Source of the DNA: Alphaproteobacteria bacterium
GTDB lineage: Bacteria; Pseudomonadota; Alphaproteobacteria; SP197
Direction: 5' to 3'
DNA length: 64,000 bases
NCBI GenBank assembly: GCA_964291265.2
Contig: OZ219747.1
Coordinates: forward strand, 1,472,001-1,536,000
Shown: positions 39,899 to 49,774 of the stretch, piece after piece
Position numbering within the stretch: the first letter of the stretch is position 1
Layout: each line of letters starts with the position of its first letter
Made by a program: the position numbers and the translations under genes
The notes under the pieces: generated by a model
Told to the model about the DNA's origin: nothing
What the model saw: the letters and a program-made list of their open reading frames with translations, nothing else
Databases searched by the model: none

Positions 39899-41464
39899 TC
39901 ATGCGGTCTCGGCGCGGATGTCGAGGAGGTTCCGCGCCTCGCGCCCGCAGGCCACGCCGACGAGGTGGACCGGGCCGCCGTGGTCGCGGTAGGTCTCGGC
40001 ATAGCCCCGCTCGCGCATCTGCGCCAGCGCCGCATCCAGCGCCGCAGCGCCGTCCCCCTCGCCCTCGGCCATCTTGAACTCCAGCACGAAGACCTGACCG
40101 CCGAGGCGCACCACCATGTCCGCACGACCACGGTGCGAGGCCTCCTCCACGCTCAAATTCACCCCGACCGAACGCAGGCACATGTAGAGAAGGCTCGCAT
40201 ACCAGGCCTCGTAGCGCGCCAGGTCGCCCTTCGCGTGCCACTGGTAGGGAATGCCCGCAAGCCAGGCGCGGAGCTTCTCGCCGAAGCCGGCGAAGTCGTT
40301 CGCCTCCAGCAGGGCGCAGAACTCGCGGCCCCGCTCCAGCGGCTCGACCCCCTGCCTGCCCAGCCAGGCAAGCAGTTCGTCGTTGAGGCTGAGCCGGACC
40401 TCGAGGTTGGGATAGTCCAGCCGGTAGAGGGTCCTGTGGCCCTGCTTCTCCTCCCCCGCGATGGTCAGGTAGCCGGTCTGGAAGAGCAGGGCCTCGATGG
40501 CGATGTCGTCGACATCGAACTTCGAGACCAGGGACGTGCCCGCCAGCCGTCCCTCCAGTTCCATCGGGCTCACCGACTTCTCCATCAGCATGCGGAACAG
40601 GAAGTCAGGAGATCCGGTCTCGAACCAGTAGGGACGAAACTCACGGCTCCGCAGGAACAGCAACACATCGTAGGGATTGTAGACCCGCACCCCGCCCCGC
40701 CAGTGGTAGCCGTTGTACCAGGTGCGGATCTCCTCGCGGTCCAGCCCGACCATCTCAGGGCCGAACACACGGTCGAGATCCTCCTCGCGGTAGCCGCAGA
40801 TCGTGGCAAAGCGCGGATCGAGGCTGATGTCCTCGAGGTTGTTGAGACCCGAGAACAGGCTGACTTTCGAGAACATGCTGACACCGGTGACGAAGACGAA
40901 ACGGACGTGTTCAGCGCTGTCCTTGACGATGCCGTAGAAGCCGCGCAGGTAGTCCCGGTTGGCCCTCGCAAGCTCGGGATCGTGGAGCACGTCAAGGATC
41001 GGCTTGTCGTACTCGTCCACCAGCACCACGACCTGCCGGCCGGTGGCGCCGTGCAGACGGTCAAGAAGATTCCGCAGACGCCTCGGACCGGTATCGGAGG
41101 TCCGAGCAGGCGGAAGATCATACCCGCGTTCCACGCTCTCCAGTTGCTCGATGATGTCCCCTTCGATCTCGCCCGGCTCGTTGTACTTCCCGCCGAAGCT
41201 CAGCCGCACCACCGGATGAGGTGCCGACCAGTCCCAGTGGGGGTGGATGTCGAGTCCCCGGAACAGGGGTTCGTGGCAGGCAAACAGCGACCGCAGGGTG
41301 TCGAGCAGCAGGCTCTTGCCGAAACGGCGCGGGCGGGACAGGAAGTAATGGTCACCCTGCTGGACCAAGTCTCGGATGAGAGGGGTCTTGTCGACATAGT
41401 AGCTGCCGGTCTCCCGGAGGCGCCGGAAGTCCTGGATCCCGATCGGAAGACGGCGGCGGATCAT
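39899..41464 (-). CDS. AAA-ATPase-like + C-terminal PD-(D/E)XK nuclease protein, copy 2 (521 aa)
   Basis: Same motifs; tandem paralog offset by 1937 bp. Confidence 0.92.
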   Translation of the reverse strand: MIRRRLPIGIQDFRRLRETGSYYVDKTPLIRDLVQQGDHYFLSRPRRFGKSLLLDTLRSLFACHEPLFRGLDIHPHWDWSAPHPVVRLSFGGKYNEPGEIEGDIIEQLESVERGYDLPPARTSDTGPRRLRNLLDRLHGATGRQVVVLVDEYDKPILDVLHDPELARANRDYLRGFYGIVKDSAEHVRFVFVTGVSMFSKVSLFSGLNNLEDISLDPRFATICGYREEDLDRVFGPEMVGLDREEIRTWYNGYHWRGGVRVYNPYDVLLFLRSREFRPYWFETGSPDFLFRMLMEKSVSPMELEGRLAGTSLVSKFDVDDIAIEALLFQTGYLTIAGEEKQGHRTLYRLDYPNLEVRLSLNDELLAWLGRQGVEPLERGREFCALLEANDFAGFGEKLRAWLAGIPYQWHAKGDLARYEAWYASLLYMCLRSVGVNLSVEEASHRGRADMVVRLGGQVFVLEFKMAEGEGDGAAALDAALAQMRERGYAETYRDHGGPVHLVGVACGREARNLLDIRAETA

Positions 41465-41708
41465 TGGTCTCTCCCTTCGTGACGCTGGAACCGGACGCTA
41501 CTGATGCGGACCTGTCCATGAGCAAGGGACGAAGGATATGGCCGCGACAAGGAGTGCCTGTAACCCGAACTTCCGTCAGATTTTCGAGGTTTTGGCTGCC
41601 CCGTTCGAGGGACATTACGACGAATGCACCGCCCACCCTTGCGGCGCATGGCCTCATCATGGCTGCCCGGGCAGAGCATCGCTGTCGAGCGTCGTTCCGC
41701 ATGAAATT

Positions 41709-41724
41709 CAGACATCCTGACCTC
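41709..41724. mobile_element. Orphan terminal repeat related to the IS at 42324-44770
   Basis: CAGACATCCTGACCTC, one mismatch to CAGACGTCCTGACCTC. Confidence 0.65.
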
Positions 41725-42323
41725 GTCCGCCGGAAGGTGAGACGACTTTGGAGTGTTGTGCCATCACCGGGGAGATCTCCCTCGCCTCTCCCGTGGCCGC
41801 TGCGGTGCGTTGAAGGTTGCCTCGCCCCTGGCCTTCAGGAGCTTACGCCGTACGGTAGACAGTGGACCGCGAGACATTGAAGGCCCTGACCGGATCGACA
41901 CAACTCAACGCCGACGATCGTGAAGAACCTGGCGATGCGCAGGGCCTGGGTCCGAGCGTCATGGCAGTCAAAGGGCGCGAGATCGGAGAAGCGCCATGCC
42001 TGATCATCGATGACGGCCCATGAGAAGGAAGCTGGGATGGCTGTGGCATCGACTCCCTATAGTGGCAGGAAGGATATCACGACTTGGCACACTTGTCGTC
42101 AAATGTCGAGCGGAAACCGCGCCCAAACCAAGGCCTTCCCATGCTGGAATTCGCTTGATTTCACTTGACGTCAGGCGTTCGTATGTTGCACGCGCGCGGA
42201 CATTTCCCGCTGGCCATCCCGCTTGGGATGTGCGACGGTCCGGTCATGTTGTCGATTCGCAAGCGCATGGAAGCTGTCCCGATCCATCAGGAAGCTCCTG
42301 AGGGTTTTTCCCTGTCTGAGGTT

Positions 42324-44770
42324 CAGACGTCCTGACCTCAGTGAGTTGACTTGATCAGTCCGGCCCTTTTTTTTCCAACACAATGAACGCTTTTCCCAGT
42401 TTTTTTGCTTGACAACATAGCCGTGGGGTGATCCAATATAACATGACGCCTATATTGGAGCAGTCCAGGCCATGAACACGCTCGCAATGCACCCTCCCGA
42501 AGCCGTCCAGATCGGAACCTCGTGCTTCTCCCTTGCCGACCTCGACGGACAGACCGTCTACTTCTCGAACATGGAGCCCTTCGACTGCCACGACGAGGGC
42601 GACCGGCCGGCCATGCTGCTGCGGATCGCCAGGTTCGCCAGGCACGGCGTTCCTCAAGGAGACCTGCAGGCGGCCTTCGACGTGAGCCGCGCGACCGTGC
42701 AGCGGGCGGTGAGGAAGCTCCGGGACGAGGGTGAAGCGAGCTTCTACGAGCCGCGCAAGGGCCGTGGTCTCAGCGTGATCACAGGCGAGACGGCGGCCGC
42801 GGCGAACCGTCTCCTGGCCGAGGGCATGAACGCCGCGGCACTGGCCCGGGAACTGGGGATCGCGAGATCGACGGCGTACTACAACCTCAGCAACGGCTTC
42901 ATCGGCGGCGGAGAGCGGCCGCAGGCGGCGCAAGTCGACGAGGCCACGCGATGCCCGGACGATCTTCTCGGCCGCGGCGAACGGGACCGTCGCGACAGGG
43001 TCGCGCCGATGGGGCGCGGCGCGCGCGACAGCGCCGGGCGCGTCGCGGCCTCGACGGGAGCCATGAGCGAAGCGCCGCCGCGCTTCGACGAGCCACTCTC
43101 GGCGGTCGCCGGCGGCGGCGTCCTGGCGGCGCTGCCGGCGCTGCTGAAGGAGGGTCTCCTGGAGCACGCGGACAGGTTCCTGTCGCTGCCGAAAGGGTAC
43201 TACGGGCTGACGAGCGTGCTTCTCATGCTCGCCTTCCTGTTCATGGCCCGGATCCGCAACCCCGAGGCGCTGCGCCACGAGGCGCCCGGGGAACGGGGTG
43301 CGGTCCTGGGGCTCGACCGCTGCCCGGAGGTCAAGACGCTGCGGCGCAAGATCAGGGCGCTGGCGAGCGACCCGCAGCGGGTCCGGGACTGGCAGGACGC
43401 GCTGGCGAAGGACTGGATCGCGGAGGCGCCGGATGTCTGCGCGACACTGTCGGTGGACGGGCACGTGAAGGTATATTCGGGCCGCAAGGGTCGCCTGCCG
43501 AAGCACTTCGTGTCACGTCAGAAGCTCTGTCTGCCGGCCTCGACAGGCTATTGGGTCAACGCGCTCGGCGGCCGGCCGCTCCTGTGCCTGCACAAGGACC
43601 TCGATCCGACCATGACGCACGCGCTGGAGCACGACATCCTGCCCGCGCTGGAGCGGCTCGGCCTGCCGGGGCCGGAGGCGCCGGACCTCGCCAGGGGAGA
43701 GGCGGTCGCGCCGGGGCTGACGCTGGTGTTCGACCGCGAGGGCTGGAGCCCGGCGCTGTTCGCCCGCCTCGCTCGGCGCGGGGTGGCGGTGATCACCTGG
43801 CACAAGGGGTTCCGGAGCGGTCCCTGGCCACAGGGAGAGTTCCGCACGGTCCGGGTGCCGCTCCACTCACCAGGTGGCGTCCGCACCGCCGAGGTGCGGC
43901 TCGCACAGAGACGGATCACGCTGTCCGGCGGGCCGCAGGTGCGCCAGATCCGGCGTCTTCTGGACAGCGGCCGGCAGGTGCCGCTGATCACCACGGACAT
44001 GCACACGCCCATGGAGCGGGTCGCCGGCGCGCTGTTCTCGCGCTGGTCCCAGGAGAACTTCTTCAAGTACATGCGCCAGGAGTTCGGCCTCGACGCGCTG
44101 GCCGTGCACGGCCTTGTCGAGCAGGACCCCGAAGCGCGCGTCGTCCATCCGCACTGGCGCCGCTGCGACCGCCGCATCCGCCAGCTGCGCCAGAAGCTCG
44201 GCACACTGCGCAACCGCGTCGCCGACCTGCTCAAGGGCGCCTCGTCCGACACCGCCATCACGGCCGCCGCGACGCTGCAGGACAAGATCGTGACGCTCGA
44301 CGCCGAGCACGAGGCGCTCAAGGTCCGGCGTTCAGAAATCCCGAAACATGTCACCGTGGCCGAGCTCGACGAGAACGACAGGCTCGACGCCCTGCCCTCC
44401 AGCGAGAGGCTGCTGCTCGACATCGTTCGCATGATCGCCTACCGCGCCGAAACCCGGATGATGGCCGCCGTCGCCCAGGCCCAGGGCGCAAAGCAGCGTC
44501 CGCGACGCCCCCTCGCCGAACTGTTCCAGTCGGACGCCGACATCATCCCCGATCAGGAAAACCGCGTCCTGCGGGTGCGCTTCCTCGGCACCGCCAGCAA
44601 CGCGCGCGACGCCGACATCGCCGGACTGCTCGACGAACTCAACCAGACGCGCACGACCTTCCCAGGAACCGACCTGCGCATGATCTACGAAATGCCAGAC
44701 AACCCAGCCAAACTCGGCCCAGAAGCATCAAACTGATTGGACAAATTCATAGCCGAGGTCAGGACGTCTG
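42324..44770 (+). mobile_element. Intact-looking 2447-bp insertion sequence (long-transposase, unclassified/IS4-superfamily-like)
   Basis: Perfect 16-bp terminal IRs CAGACGTCCTGACCTC (42324-42339 / 44755-44770); 5-bp TSD AGGTT at 42319-42323 and 44771-44775. Confidence 0.92.
42472..44736 (+). CDS. Putative DDE transposase, 754 aa, with N-terminal tandem HTHs
   Basis: FDVSRATVQR and LARELGIARST HTHs; SVDGH, VFDREG and RWSQENFFK as candidate D, D, E; fills the IR-bounded element. Confidence 0.88.
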   Translation: MNTLAMHPPEAVQIGTSCFSLADLDGQTVYFSNMEPFDCHDEGDRPAMLLRIARFARHGVPQGDLQAAFDVSRATVQRAVRKLRDEGEASFYEPRKGRGLSVITGETAAAANRLLAEGMNAAALARELGIARSTAYYNLSNGFIGGGERPQAAQVDEATRCPDDLLGRGERDRRDRVAPMGRGARDSAGRVAASTGAMSEAPPRFDEPLSAVAGGGVLAALPALLKEGLLEHADRFLSLPKGYYGLTSVLLMLAFLFMARIRNPEALRHEAPGERGAVLGLDRCPEVKTLRRKIRALASDPQRVRDWQDALAKDWIAEAPDVCATLSVDGHVKVYSGRKGRLPKHFVSRQKLCLPASTGYWVNALGGRPLLCLHKDLDPTMTHALEHDILPALERLGLPGPEAPDLARGEAVAPGLTLVFDREGWSPALFARLARRGVAVITWHKGFRSGPWPQGEFRTVRVPLHSPGGVRTAEVRLAQRRITLSGGPQVRQIRRLLDSGRQVPLITTDMHTPMERVAGALFSRWSQENFFKYMRQEFGLDALAVHGLVEQDPEARVVHPHWRRCDRRIRQLRQKLGTLRNRVADLLKGASSDTAITAAATLQDKIVTLDAEHEALKVRRSEIPKHVTVAELDENDRLDALPSSERLLLDIVRMIAYRAETRMMAAVAQAQGAKQRPRRPLAELFQSDADIIPDQENRVLRVRFLGTASNARDADIAGLLDELNQTRTTFPGTDLRMIYEMPDNPAKLGPEASN

Positions 44771-47186
44771 AGGTTGAGGTTCGCCTGGCGAGGCCGGAGG
44801 AGCGTCCGCTCCTGGACGCGCTGATGAACGAGTACCACGATCTCGGCTTCCGTCGCCTGGCGGGTCGCGGTCTGCGCTACCTTGCGACCTTCAGGGGCCA
44901 TTGGCTGGGTCTGGCGGCGTGGCAGAACGGCGCCTTCAAGTGCGCTCCCCGCGACCAGTGGACCGGCTGGAAGCCTTAAGCAGCAGTTCCAGCGGCTCGG
45001 GGTGGTGGCCAACAACACGCGGTTCTTGCTCCTCTCCAAGCCCGGGGTGTTTGCGAACCTTGCTTCTGAGTTTCCTTGCGTGCATGACGCGCCGGCTCTG
45101 TGACGACTGGCTGAAGGTGCACGGCCACGGGGTGCTGCTGGCGGAGACGTTGAAGCGATCCGGAGATCTTTGCCGGCACGATGTTGAAGGCTGCGGGCTG
45201 GACGTGTCTGGGTGAGACCAAGGGGTTTGCCCGCTCCAACGGGCGTTACACCGATCCTCACGGCAAGCCCAAGGATATCTACGTTACGGCACTGAGGCGC
45301 GATGCCCGGGCGCTGCTGTCGAGCCCACTGCCGCTTCCCCCCGACGTGGTGCCGCCCTCATGCCCCGAACTGGCGCCCCGGGACCCCAAGGTGCTGCGCT
45401 CGCTCTACGCTTAAGCGCGGCCATTCCCGACTTCCGCCGGGCGCAGGGAAGGAAGCATACCGCGGCATCGGTGCTCACCGTGCACGTGCTCGCCGAGTTC
45501 GCCAACATGAAGGGCTGTGTCGCCGCCGCGCAGTTCGCGCGGTCCCTGTCCCAGGAGGAGTTGGAGGCCATCGGCGCGTGGCTTAACCCGAAGACGGGGC
45601 TTCGCGAGCCCGTCTCCAAGTCCACCATCCACCGGGCCATCCACCGGGTTATCCAGTCGATCGACCCCGAGGCTCTGGAGGATGTGCTCGCCCGCTGGTC
45701 CCGGCCTCGGCTTCACCTCGCCCGTGCACTCGCCGCCGACGGCAAGCGCATCCGCGGCGCCAACCGCAACGGCGATGGCCGTCTGAGAGACCGTGGCCCT
45801 TGTCGACCATGAGACCGGCGCGCCCTTTTCCCTCCTGAACTTCAACGACGAAGGCGGCGAACTGGCGGCCATGCACGATCTCCTGGAGCGCAGCGACATC
45901 GGCGGCAAGGTGATCACCCTCGACGCGCTGCACACGACACGCCATACCGCGAAGCTGATCACACAACGCGCGGATTACGTCTTCGTCGTCAAGGGCAACG
46001 CCCCGGAGACCTTCGCCATCCTCGACAGCATCAATTGGCAAAAGGACGCCACCGGCCACTTCACGGAGCCGTTCGACAAGGCGCACGGTCGACTGGAACA
46101 GCGTTCAATCAGCGTCCTCGTCCCGCCCGCACGGTCTGATCAACTATCCGGGCGTCCGTCAGGTCGCCCGCATCACCCGCTATCGGGAGCCGTGGAAGAA
46201 AGGCCCCGGCGATGCCGGGAAGCAAGAAGAGAAGGGTTACACGGAAACCGATTACATCATCACCTCTCTCGATACGGGGGCCACATCGCCGGAAGAGTTG
46301 CTGCGACTGAACCGCCGCCACTGGGCCGTGGAAAATCTGAACCATCGACAAAGGGATTGCGTCTTCGGCGAAGACGCCTGCCTGACCCGCACCGACAACG
46401 GCCCGGCGAACCGGGCCAGCCTCAACAACATCGCGCTCGCGGTGATCTTCGCCAACCGCCGCGAGGCCGAAAGCCTCGCCGAAACCCGGCGCCGCCTACA
46501 ACTGGACCGTCGCGAGGCCATCAACGCCCTGACCCGGCCCTGAGGCGCCTTGAGCGTCCGGGGATCCCGGAACGCTGCCAGAACATCAAGAACCAGGCAT
46601 CCGGGCCGAAAACGCTGCCGGTGTCGCCATGCGGGCGGCACTGAAGCCACGGAATCCGTCCAGGACATCCCGATTCGGCCTCGATTCGTCGGCCTCGCGA
46701 AAGATCAGATGGCCGATTCGGGCGCGATTCATCGGCTTCCCGAAAAATCAGCCGTAGCGTAGGAAAGTCCTGGCGCCCAAACTCAAGCCGGAACCATGGG
46801 AAAACAGTGCCGATTCGCTTTCGGCGGCGCATGCGCATTGTGCATGTCGACCTGCATTGATGTGACGGCTTTCCTCTCGACTGCAGTGTCATGCTGGATG
46901 GCGTTTCCAACAGACTCGCTCGAAACGGATACCTCGAGGGTGCCTGTCCCGGCGGGTGGAAACGGTCATATCTCGTGGAGTTTCGAGATCGCTTCGTCAC
47001 GCACCGGCGCATGACCGGCATCCCCGTGAGGCTCACCCCGGCACCAGGCGACAGCAACCGCTGCACCAACGGGCAGAACAGCAGCTGGCTCGATGCCGCG
47101 CGTTGCGCGCAAAGCCTCGGGCCCGCTCTTGCCGTGGTTTCCTTCTTCGCTCAGACTTTTGCTCCTTGTCTGGAAAGGGGCGCGTT

Positions 47187-47963
47187 ATGGGAGGACGGCT
47201 GGACGGGAAAACGGCGCTCGTTACCGGGGGTGGACGCGGTATTGGAGCCGGTATCGCAAGGGTTTTCGCAAGCGAGGGCGCACGAGTCATGATCGCGACG
47301 CGCACCGTCCGTCGCGGAGAGGCGGTCGCCCGCCAGATCTCGAGGGCTGGCGGCGATGCTGAAGCGATGGCGATCGATGTCGCCGATGCGGGGCAGGTCA
47401 GGACGATGATCGACGATGCCCGAAAGCGCCTCGGCGCGATCGACATCGTCGCCCACAACGCAGGCGTTTTCCCGTCATCGACGATCGCGAAGATGAAGGA
47501 GGCCGAGTGGGATCACGTGCTCGATACGAACCTCAAGAGCCTCTTTCTGATTGCCAAGGCCGTTCTCCCCCACATGGTTCAGCGCCGCTACGGACGGATC
47601 GTCGTGACGTCATCGATCTCGGGTCCGCGCGTCGCCATGCCAGGCTGGAGTCACTACTGCGCCTCGAAGGCCGGTGTGAACGGCTTCATCAAGGCTGCCG
47701 CCCTGGAAGTTGCGAGGGAAGGCGTCACGATCAACGCCGTCGAGCCTGGAAACATCCTGATCCGCCGCCCCGGCTCGCGCGAGGCGCGTGAGCATGAAGC
47801 CGCAATGGTGCCCGCCATTCCCATGGGTGAACTCGGCATGCCGGAAGACATCGCCTATGCGGCGCTCTACCTGGCCAGCGATGAAGCACGTTACGTGACC
47901 GGCCAGACCATCATCGTCGACGGAGGCCAGGTTCTCCCCGAGAGCCAGTCCGGCGTGCCATAG
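47187..47963 (+). CDS. SDR family oxidoreductase (3-oxoacyl-ACP reductase-like)
   Basis: TGGGRGIG, NAG, SS, YCASK, TGQTIIVDGG. Confidence 0.93.
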   Translation: MGGRLDGKTALVTGGGRGIGAGIARVFASEGARVMIATRTVRRGEAVARQISRAGGDAEAMAIDVADAGQVRTMIDDARKRLGAIDIVAHNAGVFPSSTIAKMKEAEWDHVLDTNLKSLFLIAKAVLPHMVQRRYGRIVVTSSISGPRVAMPGWSHYCASKAGVNGFIKAAALEVAREGVTINAVEPGNILIRRPGSREAREHEAAMVPAIPMGELGMPEDIAYAALYLASDEARYVTGQTIIVDGGQVLPESQSGVP

Positions 47964-48119
47964 CCCGGCATTCGTCGTCGGTGGTTCTCGCCATGGAACG
48001 GTTCCAGGGGAGAGAACGTGCACCAGAGGCTGAGGGTTGAGACTCAGCGCGTGGCTTCCCAAGGAGATCGACTTCCGACTTGATACCGATCCTGCCATTG
48101 GGGGGGGGGGTCGGTATGA

Positions 48120-48513
48120 GGGCAGCGATTCCCTTGAGGGAGGATTTCGATGCCGCGCCGCTGTGTGGCTCGGCGCAATGAAGCCGGGATGGCGCGCGGA
48201 ACCGTCGACTTCTTGCGCTTGCGGTGACATGTGACGGTCATCGTCGTTCGTATGCGGCGCGCCTTGCCGGGGTGGGGCTTACGGATCATCCGGGACCGGG
48301 TTCTTCGCTTCAACGCGGAAGGCCCGGAGGGATTGAAGGATCGCAAGGCCTCAGGCCCGCCGCGCAAGTTGAATGCGAAGCAGCGTACGGCGCTGGCGGC
48401 GGTTGCGGGGAGCTGTCCGAACCCGGCGACCCACGGCGTGGTGCGTTGGCGGCGTTCAAAGAAACGTCCCGGAACGGCTGAGGTCGAGGCCCGCGTGCGG
48501 CAACAGAACAAGA
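48120..48513 (+). pseudogene. IS630-family transposase remnant, 5' part
   Basis: IIRDRVLRFNAEGPEGLKDRKASG...HGVVRWR and EARVRQQNK; continues after the inserted element. Confidence 0.8.
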
Positions 48514-48659
48514 TGTCGGCGGCGATTTAGAACGGCGGGATATTGGCGGAGAACCGCTCTTTTGGGCGCTGATCGTGTGAGTGGGTGACCACGACAGGAG
48601 AACGTGCGGCATTGGACGAAGGTCCGCCCGGTCTTTGTTTTCTGCCTATTGTTGGATCC

Positions 48660-48990
48660 CATTGGTCTTGCATTGACGTTGACGATGTCGTTCCGGTCGG
48701 CGTTTTCTGGCGTTCGGCGTTTGTGGAACGTGATGTGGGAGGGGAGCTTCAGGCTTTTGCGCGTGGTTTCGTTCTGGCGTTCTCCGTCCTCGTCGTGGTT
48801 CGTCGGGCGGGACGATCTCGAGGCTGGAGAGCTGACGGTTTCTGTTGCGCTGGGCGAAGAGGCTGCGTGCGTTGCGGTTGCGGCGGCGCAGGGTGCGGCA
48901 GGCGTCGAGTGTTTTCGGGCGGATGCTGCGACCTGTGAGCCAGTCCGGCGGCGGATCGGGCGTTGCTGCGGCTCAGCGGCTGCGGCAGTC
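48660..48990 (-). pseudogene. Internally deleted second copy of the Toprim gene
   Basis: Segments resemble 49795-49935 and 50200-50385 (e.g. TTGACGATGTCGTTCCGGTCGGCGTTTTC, GAGCCAGTCCGG). Confidence 0.65.
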
Positions 48991-49610
48991 TCGTGATGTG
49001 GTGTCGTTTGGACGGCCCGGGGGTTTCCCGGGGAGGCTGAGAGGCGCGTCGGGGTGAGACGTTCTCATTCCTGGATGGTAACGCGTGACCGCGTTCAAGG
49101 GTCTTGCGAGATTACGTGTCCCTTCCGTAGCCGCGTGGCGGTTCGATGTCCTCGAGAGCCTCGATGTCGGCATCGGCGACGATCTGCAGGCGTTCTCCGT
49201 AAGGCGTGTCACGGAGGGTTTCGGGGATGCTGTCGAGGCGGTCACGCCATTCGTCCTGCAGGGTGCGGCAGGCGTTGAGTGTTTTCGGGCGGATGCTGCG
49301 ACCTGTAAGCCAGTCCGGCCAGCGGCTGCGGCAGTCTCGTGATGCGGTGTCGTTTGGACGGCCCGGGAGTTTCCCGGGGAGGCTGAGCGGCGCGTCGGGG
49401 TGAGACGTTCTCATTCCTGGATGGTAACGCGTGACCGCGTTCAAGGGTCTTGCGGGATCACGTATCCCTTCCGTAGCCGCGTGGCGGTTCGATGTCCTCG
49501 AGGGCCTCGATGTCGGCATCGGCGACGATCTGCAGGCGTTCTCCGTAAGGCGTGTCACGGAGGGTTTCGGGGATGCTGTCGAGGCGGTCACGCCATTCGT
49601 CCTGCAGGGC
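48974..49610. repeat. ~346-bp tandem duplication inside the transposon
   Basis: 48974-49262 is nearly identical to 49320-49608; both contain the 3' end of the small ORF (…EPPRGYGRDT). Confidence 0.9.
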
Positions 49611-49748
49611 GCGCAGTTCGGCCACGGCGTCGTTCCAGCGTTGCGGTCGCGAGCGCCGGTCACGATGCTTTGGGGTGTGGACGGGAGGGATGCCGGCCTT
49701 GCGCCGTTCCCGGTATCGCCGCTGCTTTTCGGCGGGCGTGAGGGGCAT
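49458..49748 (-). CDS. Small conserved hypothetical protein (96 aa), transposon cargo
   Basis: AGGAG RBS; MPLTPAEKQRRYRER...RSRPQRWNDAVAEL...IEPPRGYGRD. Confidence 0.75.
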   Translation of the reverse strand: MPLTPAEKQRRYRERRKAGIPPVHTPKHRDRRSRPQRWNDAVAELRALQDEWRDRLDSIPETLRDTPYGERLQIVADADIEALEDIEPPRGYGRDT

Positions 49749-49774
49749 GAGTGGTCTCCTTGTGACGGACGTGG

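Larger units (their letters stand above)
41940..46542 (+). mobile_element. Decayed ISAs1-family element with DUF4338-fused transposase, interrupted by another IS
   Basis: Candidate ends CAGGGCCTGGGTC (41940) and GACCCGGCCCTG (46542); no target duplication found. Confidence 0.6.
42267..46543 (+). pseudogene. DUF4338 (DruA-like) + ISAs1 DDE transposase, split and frameshifted
   Basis: 42267-42323 joins in frame to 44776 (MEAVP...SLSEV|EVRLARPEER). Then LRY, RDQWTGW, NNTRFL, AAGWTCLGETKG, PDFRRAQGRKH, DGKRIRGA, TLDALHT, VKGN, HGRLEQR, RRHWAVEN, DCVFGED. Confidence 0.85.

Noticed and set aside
37903-41530. Diversity-generating retroelement explanation for the variable patches
   Set aside because: No reverse transcriptase in the window, and differences are not confined to adenines.
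42409-42442. Sigma70 promoter in the IS left end (TTGACA...TATAAC)
   Set aside because: Spacing of 22 bp is too long and the hexamer at 17 bp (TCCAAT) is weak; not supportable.
46550-47180. Short ORFs between the ISAs1 end and the SDR
   Set aside because: No RBS or motif support; likely degenerate sequence.
48974-49610. Possible CRISPR or ncRNA array
   Set aside because: Two long 346-bp copies containing coding sequence, with no repeat-spacer alternation.
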